DNA from: Candidatus Hydrothermales bacterium
Lineage (GTDB): Bacteria; Hydrothermota; Hydrothermia; Hydrothermales; JAJRUZ01
Direction: 5' to 3'
DNA length: 38,845 nt
Assembly: GCA_039630575.1 (NCBI GenBank)
Contig: JBCNUW010000018.1
Coordinates: 1 to 38,845 of the forward strand
The notes beneath the pieces are model-generated. The model saw nothing but the letters and a program-made list of their open reading frames with translations. It was not told the DNA's origin and searched no databases. The position numbers and the translations under genes were made by a program. Positions 28,800-38,448 of the stretch are shown here, piece after piece; within the stretch, counting starts at the first letter, position 1, and the number at the start of each line of letters is the position of its first letter.

Positions 28800-29773
28800 T
28801 CTGAAAGAGCTTTTTTTAATCTGTTAATTCTTTCAATTTTAAAAGGGTCTATTTTGTTGAGTCTAGCAAGATGTAATGATACATAATCAAAAAAATAGAT
28901 TGTGTAGAATATTTCTTTTAAGAGGTTTTCTCCATGAGCTTCAAAGATTGTAATCCCCATTACAGTGTTTTCAATTATTTTAATTGTTTCTTCAATTCTT
29001 TTTTTATTTCTTTCGTTTATATGTTTGCCGACTATAAATAAAACCCAGGCTCTTCCTACTATCTCTTCAGGATAATTTAAGCCCTCAATTTCATTATGAT
29101 TCATTTCAGGAAAAAAATCAATATGCACAAAATGTTTGGAATTTTCGTTTAACTGTGTTTTTATTCTAAAAGCTATAGAGTTATACGGATAGGCTGTGTA
29201 AATAAAAAGTGGTCTTTTATAAAATTTCTGTGCCAGATCCATACAATCACCATCAAGAGAAGAAAAGTTTCCCCTTTTTCCTTCGAGAAATTCCTTTACT
29301 CCTTCAAGTTCCTCAATTTTAAATGTAATAAAGTCTGATAAAATAAAGCTAATAAGTGAAAACATTAAAGGTAAAGCACATCTTGGTGGATATCCTGGTG
29401 GAAGTTTATAATGGGTAATTCTTTTTTCCCTAGAGAGTTCTTCTAATTTTCCACCTGATGAAATGGTTATAAGATTTTTCCCTTCAAGAGGTTTTATAAA
29501 GCTTAAAGTCTCCTCAGTGTCACCGGAATAGGATATGAGAATATTTAAACTCGTATCATTTAAAACTTCATAAAAGTAATCATTAAGGATGTTATGTTTT
29601 ACTTTTAAAAAGGGTGATAGAATTTTACTTGCAATGCCTGATCCACCCATTCCGATGAAATTTATTTCTTTAAATGGTTTTAGTTCAGTTTTTTTTATAT
29701 TTTTGTAAAATAAAAGATCTTGAGGAAAATTAAAAAGAAAATCTTCCATTTTACTAAATTTGTAACTTTTCAT
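28796..29773 (-). CDS. Bifunctional phosphoglucose/phosphomannose isomerase (SIS)
   Basis: GMGGSG, SYSGDTEET, SSGGKL, PPR.A, QLNENSK and PEMNHNEIEG. Confidence 0.92.
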   Translation of the reverse strand: MKSYKFSKMEDFLFNFPQDLLFYKNIKKTELKPFKEINFIGMGGSGIASKILSPFLKVKHNILNDYFYEVLNDTSLNILISYSGDTEETLSFIKPLEGKNLITISSGGKLEELSREKRITHYKLPPGYPPRCALPLMFSLISFILSDFITFKIEELEGVKEFLEGKRGNFSSLDGDCMDLAQKFYKRPLFIYTAYPYNSIAFRIKTQLNENSKHFVHIDFFPEMNHNEIEGLNYPEEIVGRAWVLFIVGKHINERNKKRIEETIKIIENTVMGITIFEAHGENLLKEIFYTIYFFDYVSLHLARLNKIDPFKIERINRLKKALSD

Positions 29774-32359
29774 TTATAGGTATTTAGTTAATGTATTTAA
29801 TTTTTCTACAAAGATTTTCTTCTTTTCTTCAGTTTTTCTTATAACTTCTTCTGGTGCTTTTTCAAGGAATTCTGGATTTGTAAGCTTTCTTTCTAAGTCT
29901 TTTATTAAATTCTTGAGTTCTATTATTTCCTTTTTAATTCTTTGCTTTTCTTTTTCTATATTTACTCCCATAGGGAGTGTAACTAATAACTCTTTCCCAT
30001 TTACAACATACCCTAAAAAGTTTTCAGTGGGTTCTACTTCAAGTGTAGAGGATTTTGCCAATAACTGTAAAAGTTCAAAAAATCTCTTATCTTTTTTCTC
30101 CTTTATGAAAACGTTTACTTTTTCATTAGAAGGTATATTGTAAATGCCTTTTAATTCCCTAATAAGATTTACTGTTTCTATTAAAAATTCAAATTCTTCT
30201 TTTTCTTTTTCAAAGTTTATATCAAATACGCAAGGCCAACTTTCAAGAGATATACTTTCCTTTTCTTGCTTAAATGGTAATCTGTGCCAAAGTTCTTCAG
30301 TTATAAAGGGAATTAAAGGATGTGCTAGTTTAAGAAAATTTTCAAAAACTATAAGAGAAACTTTCAAAGCCTTTTCTTTTCTTTTTATATCTTTTAACCT
30401 ATCTTTTATAGCCTCAAGATAAAAGTCACAATAGTTTAACCAAAAGAACTGATATATAATCTTTGCCACTTCTGGGTAGTCGTAACTTTCAAGTCCACTA
30501 TTTACTCTGTTTAATGTTTCATTAAATTTCATTAAAATCCATTTATCCTCTAGCTCAAGCTCATAGGGTAACTCTCTTTTGAATACCTTGTTTTCTTCAA
30601 CATAACTGAGAAGTAGTCTAAAGGCATTCCATATTTTGTTACAGAAGTTTCTACCAATTTTCATTTTATCAACACTAAAAATAATATCCCTTCCTTCAGG
30701 AGCAATAGAAAGGATTGAAAACCTCACGCCATCGACACCATATTTATCAAAAAGATCTAGAGGATCCGGGGAATTACCAAGAGATTTTGAGAGCTTTCTT
30801 CTTTTTTCATCTCTTAAAAGTCCGTGGATTAAAACATCCCTAAAGGGTACACTCTCTAAAAATTCAAGACCAGCCATGATCATCCTTGCTACCCAAAAGT
30901 ATAGAATGTCCCAGGCACTAACAAGTAAAGAGCCTGGATAATATCTTTCTAAAAGTTCATTCCTATCAGGCCAACCTAAAGTTGAAAAGGGAAAAAGCCA
31001 AGAGGAGAACCAGGTATCAAGTACATCTTCATCTTGAACAATATTTTGGGAGTTACATTTTTCGCACCTAAGAGGTTTTTGAATCTCTGCCATTAAATTA
31101 TCACAATCTTTGCAATAATAAATGGGTATTCTATGACCCCACCATAGCTGTCTTGAGATAACCCAGTCTTTTATATTTAAAAGCCACTGGTCGTATAACT
31201 TTTTCCATGAAGGTGGGTAAAACTTTACTTCCTCTTTTTCTCCAGCTTCATAAGCTTTTTTGGCCATCTCTCTCATGCTTAAAAACCACTGCTCTGAAAG
31301 GTATGGTTCTATTATAGTTTCACACCTATAACATTTACCCAAAATAATTTTATAATCCTCAACTTTTTCTAACAGATCTAATTTTTTAAGTTTTTCTATT
31401 ATTAAGTTTCTTGCCTCAAATCTTTCTAGTCCTTTAAATTCACCGCCTTCTTCATTTATAATCCCCTTTGTATCCATTACTGTTACAAAGGGGAGATTAT
31501 GTCTTTTTGCAATTTCAAAATCAATAAAATCATGAGAAGGTGTTACCTTTACAGCACCTGTACCAAATTCTGGATCTACAAATTCATCTTCTAATATGAT
31601 GAGTTTTCTTTTAATAAAGGGCAGGATAGCATACTCACCCACAAGATTTTTGTATCTTTTGTCGTCTGGATTAACAGCAACTGCAACATCTCCTAACATT
31701 GTTTCAGGTCTTGTAGTTGCGACAGTAATGAACCCTCCTTTTATAAGTGGATATTTAATGTAATAGAGCTTTCCATTTGTTTCTTCTCTTTCAACTTCTT
31801 CATCGGAAAGTGTTGTCTCACATCTTGGGCAGAAGTTCACTATATATTTTCCTCTATAAATTAGCCCTTTTTTGTAGAGTTTCACGAAAGCTTCAAGAAC
31901 AGCTTTTGACATAATTTCATCCATTGTGAATCTGTATTTTGACCAATCACAGGAACATCCAAGCCTTTTAAGAGCAAATTTTATAATTTCTTCGTATTTT
32001 TCTACCCATTCATTTACCCTTTCTAAGAATTTTTCCCTACCTAAGTCAAACCTTGTTTTACCTTCTTTTGCTAACTCTTTTTCAACGACATTTTGAGTTG
32101 CTATTCCAGCGTGGTCAACACCAGGAAGCCAAAGCACATCGTAGCCTTTCATTCTCATGTATCTTGCATAAATGTCTTGCAAGGTATTGTTAAGAACATG
32201 CCCCATATGTAGTGTGCCAGTTACATTTGGAGGTGGCATCATTATTACGAAAGGTTTTTTACTTTTATCTTTACCAGCTTGATATAGATTCTTTTCTACC
32301 CAAAATTTTTGCCATTTTTCCTCAATTTCCCGAGGGTTATAAGTCTTACCTAATTCCAT
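29774..32359 (-). CDS. valS: Valyl-tRNA synthetase
   Basis: PPPNVTGTLHMGH, ATTRPET, ISRQLWWGHRIP, DVLDTWFSS, KLSKS (KMSKS variant) and a C-terminal coiled coil. Confidence 0.97.
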   Translation of the reverse strand: MELGKTYNPREIEEKWQKFWVEKNLYQAGKDKSKKPFVIMMPPPNVTGTLHMGHVLNNTLQDIYARYMRMKGYDVLWLPGVDHAGIATQNVVEKELAKEGKTRFDLGREKFLERVNEWVEKYEEIIKFALKRLGCSCDWSKYRFTMDEIMSKAVLEAFVKLYKKGLIYRGKYIVNFCPRCETTLSDEEVEREETNGKLYYIKYPLIKGGFITVATTRPETMLGDVAVAVNPDDKRYKNLVGEYAILPFIKRKLIILEDEFVDPEFGTGAVKVTPSHDFIDFEIAKRHNLPFVTVMDTKGIINEEGGEFKGLERFEARNLIIEKLKKLDLLEKVEDYKIILGKCYRCETIIEPYLSEQWFLSMREMAKKAYEAGEKEEVKFYPPSWKKLYDQWLLNIKDWVISRQLWWGHRIPIYYCKDCDNLMAEIQKPLRCEKCNSQNIVQDEDVLDTWFSSWLFPFSTLGWPDRNELLERYYPGSLLVSAWDILYFWVARMIMAGLEFLESVPFRDVLIHGLLRDEKRRKLSKSLGNSPDPLDLFDKYGVDGVRFSILSIAPEGRDIIFSVDKMKIGRNFCNKIWNAFRLLLSYVEENKVFKRELPYELELEDKWILMKFNETLNRVNSGLESYDYPEVAKIIYQFFWLNYCDFYLEAIKDRLKDIKRKEKALKVSLIVFENFLKLAHPLIPFITEELWHRLPFKQEKESISLESWPCVFDINFEKEKEEFEFLIETVNLIRELKGIYNIPSNEKVNVFIKEKKDKRFFELLQLLAKSSTLEVEPTENFLGYVVNGKELLVTLPMGVNIEKEKQRIKKEIIELKNLIKDLERKLTNPEFLEKAPEEVIRKTEEKKKIFVEKLNTLTKYL

Positions 32360-32366
32360 AGATTTT

Positions 32367-32420
32367 ATTATAAAAACTTTTTAAGAATGCTTGCAAATCA
32401 GTAAATATTTGAGTTATTAT
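32367..32420. promoter_or_regulatory. Divergent valS/ccdA promoters sharing one palindromic -35 (TTGCAA, 32391-32396)
   Basis: Minus strand: TTGCAA-18-TATAAT-7-ATG(valS). Plus strand: TTGCAA-18-TATTAT-7-ATG(ccdA). Confidence 0.65.
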
Positions 32421-32427
32421 AAATGAC

Positions 32428-33126
32428 ATGGAGCATCCTTCGATAGTAGTTGCATTTAGTGCTGGTTTTTTATCTTTTCTATCTCCTTGTATTTTACCTT
32501 TAATTCCTGTTTATTTTTCTTATATTACCGGTATTTCAATTAATGAGCTAAAAAAAAGAGGAGTTTTTTCTTTTTTAATTTTTTTTCATTCTCTTTTATT
32601 TGTTTTTGGTTTTTCAACAGTTTTTTTGTTTTTAGGTTTTTCTTCTTCTTTATTAGGTTCCTTTTTTTTAGATAAAAGGGAAATTTTAGAGAAAGTTGCG
32701 GGTATATTTATAATTATTTTGTCACTTCATCTTATAGGTTTACTCCGTTTTAAGTTTCTTGATGTTGAGAGGAAAATTAATCCTATTAAATTTAGTTTTC
32801 CTCTATTAAATTCTTTCTTTGTTGGTTTTGCTTTTGGTTTTGGTTGGACTCCTTGTATAGGTCCTGTGCTTGCTGCTATTTTAGCATTTGCTGCAACTTA
32901 TGGTTCACCTTTTAAAGGTCTTTTACTACTTGGATTTTATTCTCTTGGTCTTGCTGTTCCGTTTATTATATCGGGTTTTTTTATTAATTTTTTCTTTTCG
33001 GCATTTCAAAAGTTGAGAAAGGGTTTTAGAGTTATAGAAATTATTTCGGGTATATTACTTTTGATTTTGGGAATTCTTCTCTTTTTAGGTATATTTTCAA
33101 GGTTTTCTTTTTATTTAGGAGTTTAG
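32428..33126 (+). CDS. ccdA: Cytochrome c biogenesis protein CcdA (DsbD transmembrane domain)
   Basis: AGFLSFLSPCILPLIP, GWTPCIGPVL and YSLGLAVPF. Confidence 0.93.
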   Translation: MEHPSIVVAFSAGFLSFLSPCILPLIPVYFSYITGISINELKKRGVFSFLIFFHSLLFVFGFSTVFLFLGFSSSLLGSFFLDKREILEKVAGIFIIILSLHLIGLLRFKFLDVERKINPIKFSFPLLNSFFVGFAFGFGWTPCIGPVLAAILAFAATYGSPFKGLLLLGFYSLGLAVPFIISGFFINFFFSAFQKLRKGFRVIEIISGILLLILGILLFLGIFSRFSFYLGV

Positions 33127-33181
33127 TTTATTTTAAAATATTTAAGATGGTTCAATCCCTTTATTTTTTAGGAGGTAGAAA

Positions 33182-33538
33182 ATGGATCTTTACGAAAGTG
33201 CCTCTAAAGGATCAGGATGGATTAAATTCTTTGGTATAGTAAATATGATTGCTGGAATAATTCAAGCATTAACTATTATTGGAATAATTGTTGCTTGGAT
33301 TCCAATTTTGATAGGAGTTGTAGCTTTTCAAGCGGCATCTGCTGCTGATAGGGCAAGTTTAACTAAAAAGGAAGAGGATTTACTTCAGTTTCACAATAAG
33401 ATTAAATTTTTATTTCAATTAATTGGAATCTTTATTATAGTTTCAATTGTTATTGCTTTGATTATTTTAATTATAGCTTTAATTTTTTCAGCCTTTTTAA
33501 CTTCATTTTTATATCAGTTAGGAGGGTTTAACTGGTGA
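33182..33538 (+). CDS. DUF5362-like small membrane protein
   Basis: GWIKFFGIV..I.GII.ALTIIGIIVAWIPI..G; SD GGAGG upstream. Confidence 0.8.
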   Translation: MDLYESASKGSGWIKFFGIVNMIAGIIQALTIIGIIVAWIPILIGVVAFQAASAADRASLTKKEEDLLQFHNKIKFLFQLIGIFIIVSIVIALIILIIALIFSAFLTSFLYQLGGFNW

Positions 33539-34680
33539 TATATTGCTTAAATTTTTACTTTATCACTATCTTTTTTGTAGATACAATAAATTTTAATGTT
33601 TACAAAAAGTTTTTTGAGAAAGGAGATTCAGTCTTAATAGATATTAAAATTTTACCTCATATACTTGTTTTCAAAAAATATGGAGAGGAATTTTTAGGTG
33701 GAATAGAGGTTAATGTGAGTTGCGTTACGGAAGACGAGAAGGAGTATTTTTTTAGATTTAACCAAAAGTTAAGTTTTGAAAAGTATGAGGATACGAAAGA
33801 TAAGGAAAATATGATAAATTTTCAAAAATGGGTTACATTGGATAACACTTTAAAGAAAGTAAATATAGAGGTTTTAGATTTGAATTCTCAGAGGAGGTGG
33901 ACATATTCAAAAGAATTTTTAATTAAAAAATTTATAAGTATAGGAGATATTATTTTCTATAAAATTAAGGAGAATGAGATAGTATATGATGTTCCGCCCC
34001 TTTCTGATTCTTTTTATAACTTTGTTTTGACTTTTAAATCAAAGAAAGGTGGAAGGTTAGATATAAGTTTTTATAAAAAAAATGATCTTTTTAGAAAGTT
34101 AACCTTTGAGTTTAAAGAGGGTCTAAATAAGATAATTGATACTTTAAATCTTTCAAGTTTTAGAATTCCTTTAATTTACAATTTAGAATTTTATATAAAT
34201 AAAAAAAAGTTTGTGCTAACCGGAGAAATATATTTAAAAAAGGTTGATTTGTTTTCAATCTTTGAATGGAAGGATCTTATAGAGGCCTTAAATATTTTGT
34301 TTGATTTTAGAGATATTGAAGAGCTATTTAAAGTCAAGGAAGAAGAAAGAGAAACTAAATGGAAAGCCTTTTGGGAAACTCGTGATCCTGATCCTTTAAC
34401 CCCTTACAATGAACTTGAAATTACTTTTATTGAAAGATTTCAATATGTTATGAAAAATTTTTCTGGTCCTATAAAGGGATATAAAACAGACAGGGGAAGG
34501 GTTTATATAAGATATGGACCTCCTGACTATATAGAGGATCATCCCATAGAATTTGGAACTTATCCTTATCAGATTTGGTATTATACAAAGCTTAGAATTA
34601 AATTTATTTTTGTTGATAAAACAGGTTTTGGTGACTATCAGCTAGTAACTGATTTAAGGGAGCTTTATCCTCAATACTGA
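33535..34680 (+). CDS. GWxTD domain-containing protein
   Basis: FWETRDPDPLTPYNE...GYKTDRGRVYIRYGPPD...IWYY...FVDKTGFGDYQL. Confidence 0.88.
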   Translation: MIYCLNFYFITIFFVDTINFNVYKKFFEKGDSVLIDIKILPHILVFKKYGEEFLGGIEVNVSCVTEDEKEYFFRFNQKLSFEKYEDTKDKENMINFQKWVTLDNTLKKVNIEVLDLNSQRRWTYSKEFLIKKFISIGDIIFYKIKENEIVYDVPPLSDSFYNFVLTFKSKKGGRLDISFYKKNDLFRKLTFEFKEGLNKIIDTLNLSSFRIPLIYNLEFYINKKKFVLTGEIYLKKVDLFSIFEWKDLIEALNILFDFRDIEELFKVKEEERETKWKAFWETRDPDPLTPYNELEITFIERFQYVMKNFSGPIKGYKTDRGRVYIRYGPPDYIEDHPIEFGTYPYQIWYYTKLRIKFIFVDKTGFGDYQLVTDLRELYPQY

Positions 34681-35954
34681 TGATTAAGTTATTAGAGTAT
34701 TTAATAATTTCAACAGTTTTTCTTTCAAAAGGAAAATTTGAATTTTATCTTTTTCCTTACGCTACATTTAAAGGACAAAATTTCAGTGTTGAGATGTGGT
34801 ATGAACTAAATGTAAATCAAATACCGCTTGAAAAGAAATTAGGTTATTATGAGGGTAAATTTGATATTGAAATACTCTGGGAGGATATTTTAAAGGGAAA
34901 AACTTATAAAGATAAGTTTACAAAAAATTTTAGAATAGGTAATTATACTGATCAAACAAAGATTTTTGATGTTTTTATTTTAAATTTGGAAGAAGGGGAA
35001 TATTTGATAAAGGTAAAGTTTAAGACTAAGGCAAGGGAGGGAGAAGTTAATTTTAAAAAGAATTTAAAGATTACTTATCCTTTTATTTCAGATATTTTCA
35101 TAACTCCAAGTATTGGAAAAAAGGAGGATTATTTTTTTAAAAGAGAACATTTTGGATTTGACATTAGATTTCCATTTAGGTTTTCTTTTCCAGATAGCTT
35201 GTTTCATTTTTTCTATGAACTTTACGGATTTGAAGGAAAAGAGATAATAAGATATGAAGTCTATAGAGACGGTGAGAAAATTTATTCAGAAGAGAATAAA
35301 GTTCCAGGCATACAAAGAGGTATAACAAGTGCAAATATTTTATTAAATAAGCTTGATACAGGTGATTATACTTTAGTTATAAGTGTAATAAAAGATGGTA
35401 ATATTCTTTTTAATAGAGAAGAAAAGTTTAGCTATGTATCTTTTAAAACAATCAGGGAGGAAAGTATAAGAAGGTATTATGAGAATTATCTATTTTTTAT
35501 AGATTATTTTGCATCTTCTCAAGAAATAGAGGAATTTAGGAAGATAGGTGATTTTAATGGGAAAAAATTTTTTGTTCAGAAGTTTTGGAAAAAATTTGAT
35601 CCTGATCTTGAGACTGAGGCGAACGAGTTTGTTACAGAACTTATTAAAAGGATTGAGTTTTCAGATCAGAATTTTTCTCTTGGATTGAAACTTAAAGGTA
35701 GAAATACAGATAGAGGGAGGATTTTTATAAAGTATGGAGAACCCGCTTATGTTACAAGTTCCTATTATCCAGAAGCAAATAGAGCTTGGGAGTCATGGGT
35801 TTATACAAGTCCGAGAAAAATTCAGTTTATTTTTGTTGATATAAATCAGGATGGTAATTACTTACTTACGTATTCATCTTTACCTGAAGAGCAACCTTCA
35901 GTTGCCGATTGGAAGAAATGGATTCCAGAAGAGATTATAGAGGTAAAAAAGTAG
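34680..35954 (+). CDS. GWxTD domain-containing protein (second paralog)
   Basis: FWKKFDPD..TEANEF...GRNTDRGRIFIKYGEP...ESWVY...FIFVD...GNY.L. Confidence 0.88.
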   Translation: MIKLLEYLIISTVFLSKGKFEFYLFPYATFKGQNFSVEMWYELNVNQIPLEKKLGYYEGKFDIEILWEDILKGKTYKDKFTKNFRIGNYTDQTKIFDVFILNLEEGEYLIKVKFKTKAREGEVNFKKNLKITYPFISDIFITPSIGKKEDYFFKREHFGFDIRFPFRFSFPDSLFHFFYELYGFEGKEIIRYEVYRDGEKIYSEENKVPGIQRGITSANILLNKLDTGDYTLVISVIKDGNILFNREEKFSYVSFKTIREESIRRYYENYLFFIDYFASSQEIEEFRKIGDFNGKKFFVQKFWKKFDPDLETEANEFVTELIKRIEFSDQNFSLGLKLKGRNTDRGRIFIKYGEPAYVTSSYYPEANRAWESWVYTSPRKIQFIFVDINQDGNYLLTYSSLPEEQPSVADWKKWIPEEIIEVKK

Positions 35955-37405
35955 GTTCAAAGACTATTTTAAATCTTTTAATTTTTGGTGTAGGTACGCT
36001 TTTTTCAAGATTTTTTGGTTTTTTAAGAGAGGTTTTTCTCGCTTATTCTTTGGGTGCTACTCATCTCTCTGATGTTTTTTATGCCTCTTTTAGGATTGTG
36101 AATCTTTTAAGAATATTATTTGGTGAAGGTGTAATGCATGTATCTTTAGTTCCTTTATTGATTGAAAATAGAAAGGATGTTTCAAGGTATAGAAAATTTT
36201 TAGACTCAACTTTTACCTTTTTCTTTTCAATTTCTCTTTTTTTTACTCTGTTAGGAATTTTTTTGTCGCCTCTTTTAATATTAATTTTTGCTCCTGGATT
36301 TAAAAATGTTAGTTTTAAGTTTATCTATGCAAAAGATACTTTAATGATGATGTTTCCCTTTGTTTTTTTTATTATCTTGGCTGGTTATTTTGGTTCTATT
36401 TTAAACTCTGAAAAAAATTTTTTCCCTCCTTCTTTTGCTCCTTTTTTCTTCAATTTCTTTTTTCTTTTAATCGGATGTGTGTCATACTTTTTTTTAAATT
36501 TAAATGAAAAGTTTTTTTTAATTTCCCTTGCTATTGCAATTGTAGTAGGTGGTTTATTTGAGGCTCTATTTCAATTTTTTTTTGTTATTAAAAAAATTAA
36601 AATTTCGATTACAAAAAATTTGTTTATACCGGAAATAAAGGATTTTTTTAGGCTTTTAATTCCTGTTTTTGTTACGGTATTGACTAATGAAATCATAATT
36701 ATTATAACGACATTTCTTGCTTCATTTTTACCTGAGGGTGAATTGTCTTATCTTTCTTACTCTTTTAGGTTAAGACACTTTCCAATAGCAATTTTAGGAA
36801 TAGGTCTTGCGACTGTTTCTTTGCCTTATATGACTGAGAGTGATAAAAAAATTGATTATTTAAAAAGAATTTATAAGTTCTCTCTTTCCATACTTTTTCC
36901 CTTAGTTTTGTTATTGATTATTCATTCTGATTTCATAATAAAAATTTTTTTTGAAAGAGGAAAATTTAAAAGTATAGATACTTTGAAAACCTCGTTGTGT
37001 TTCATATGGTTTTCCTTAGGGATACTTCCTGCTTCTTTATTTAATGTTCATTTAAATTATTTTTATTCACAAAAGAAAATTCTTGAGGTGAATATTTCTC
37101 ATCTTTACATGTTAAGTTCCTTTCTTTTTTTTGCCCCACTCCTTTTTAAACTTATGGGTTACACAGGGCTTGCTTTATCATCTTCAATTTCTTCATTTGT
37201 TGCCCTTGTAACGATATGCTTTTATACTCCCAAATTTATAGATTTTAAGGATTATAAGGAGTTTATTTTGATTGCTCTTATATTCACTATTATTGTTTCT
37301 GTTAAATTTTTTACCTTTAGTTTTCTTGAATTTTTAATTGATTCTTTATTATCCTTAATATTTTTTATATATTTTCGTAAAAGATGGAAACTGAAAGAAA
37401 TTTAA
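35918..37405 (+). CDS. murJ: Lipid II flippase MurJ (MviN)
   Basis: SRFFGFLRE, SFRIVNLLR.LFGEG, multiple TM segments, FERGKF and GLALSSSIS. Start uncertain (ATG 35918 versus TTG 35909). Confidence 0.92.
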   Translation: MDSRRDYRGKKVGSKTILNLLIFGVGTLFSRFFGFLREVFLAYSLGATHLSDVFYASFRIVNLLRILFGEGVMHVSLVPLLIENRKDVSRYRKFLDSTFTFFFSISLFFTLLGIFLSPLLILIFAPGFKNVSFKFIYAKDTLMMMFPFVFFIILAGYFGSILNSEKNFFPPSFAPFFFNFFFLLIGCVSYFFLNLNEKFFLISLAIAIVVGGLFEALFQFFFVIKKIKISITKNLFIPEIKDFFRLLIPVFVTVLTNEIIIIITTFLASFLPEGELSYLSYSFRLRHFPIAILGIGLATVSLPYMTESDKKIDYLKRIYKFSLSILFPLVLLLIIHSDFIIKIFFERGKFKSIDTLKTSLCFIWFSLGILPASLFNVHLNYFYSQKKILEVNISHLYMLSSFLFFAPLLFKLMGYTGLALSSSISSFVALVTICFYTPKFIDFKDYKEFILIALIFTIIVSVKFFTFSFLEFLIDSLLSLIFFIYFRKRWKLKEI

Positions 37406-37899
37406 AAAGGGTAATAGAGGCTCTTCTTTTTGTTTCTTCAAGACCAATTACACTTGAAAAGTTGGCAAAATTAACAGGGTTTCCGAGGGAAAAGATAAAA
37501 GAGGAGATTGATAATTTAAAAATGGAATACGATAATGAGAAAAGAGCTGTAGTTGTAAAGGAAGTAGCTGGTGGTTATGCATTTTTTACTCGTGAAGAAT
37601 ATAGTGACTATGTAAAGAAATTAAAGGGAGACAATACTTTTAGGTTTTCAAAGGCTATGCTACAAACACTTGCAATAATAGCTTATAAACAGCCTATAAC
37701 TAAAGCTGAAATAGAAATTTTGAAGGGTTCATCAGTTGATTTTACTTTAAAAAGTCTTTTAGAGAAAGGTCTTGTCAGGGTTGTAGGAAGAAAGAAGATA
37801 AAGGGTGCACCTCTTTTGTACGGAACTTCAGAGAAATTCTTAAAAATATTTGGTCTTAATTCTCTTGATGAGTTGCCTAAGGTAGAGAATTTAAGGTAA
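37384..37899 (+). CDS. scpB: Segregation and condensation protein B
   Basis: IEALLFVS, EVAGGY, TLAIIAYKQPITKAEIE and LYGTS..FL..FGL.SLDELP. Confidence 0.95.
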   Translation: METERNLKRVIEALLFVSSRPITLEKLAKLTGFPREKIKEEIDNLKMEYDNEKRAVVVKEVAGGYAFFTREEYSDYVKKLKGDNTFRFSKAMLQTLAIIAYKQPITKAEIEILKGSSVDFTLKSLLEKGLVRVVGRKKIKGAPLLYGTSEKFLKIFGLNSLDELPKVENLR

Positions 37900-38448
37900 T
37901 TTTCTATATTTTTCTACACCCTCCTCAAAGAGGTTATTTCCATAGGCGTCAATGGCGCAAACTGTTGGAAAATTTTCAACTTCTAATTCTCTGATTGCTT
38001 CAGGACCAAGATCTTCATAAGAAATTACTTTAACTCTTTTTACTGATTTTGAAATGAGTGCACCGGCACCTCCCACTGCTACAAGATATAGTGCCTTGAA
38101 TTTTTTCATAGCTTCTATAACCTCCTTTGATCTTTCACCTTTACCGATGGTTGCCTTTACTCCCATTTCAAGTACAAATGGAGTATAAGGATCCATTCTT
38201 AAAGAAGTTGTTGGTCCAGATGATCCTATGATTTGACCTGGTTTTTCAGGTGAGGGACCAACGTAGTAAATTACCTGTCCTTTTAAGTTAAAAGGAAGAA
38301 TGCCTTTTTCTTTATATTCCTCAAACATCCTTTTATGAGCAGCATCCCTTGCAGCATATATAATTCCTGAAATATAAACAACATCACCACTTTTTATTGA
38401 AAGAACTGTTTCTTCATCAATTGGTGTTTTTATTTTTTTTATAGCCAT
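37891..38448 (-). CDS. Fe-S hydro-lyase (fumarate hydratase class I / tartrate dehydratase) beta subunit
   Basis: GDVVYISG.IY.ARDAAHKR, YYVGP, GPTTSLRMD, IGKG and DLGPEAI. Real start is ATG 38448, preceded by TTGAAG-18-TATAAT-6. Confidence 0.92.
   Translation of the reverse strand: MAIKKIKTPIDEETVLSIKSGDVVYISGIIYAARDAAHKRMFEEYKEKGILPFNLKGQVIYYVGPSPEKPGQIIGSSGPTTSLRMDPYTPFVLEMGVKATIGKGERSKEVIEAMKKFKALYLVAVGGAGALISKSVKRVKVISYEDLGPEAIRELEVENFPTVCAIDAYGNNLFEEGVEKYRKLP

Noticed and set aside
9305..30941. Other short nested or antisense ORFs in the track (9305, 12975, 15254, 17359, 18913, 19206, 20264, 20972, 23473, 23763, 26714, 29913, 30144, 30636)
   Set aside because: They lie within well-supported genes or pseudogenes and show shadow-frame composition with no motifs.
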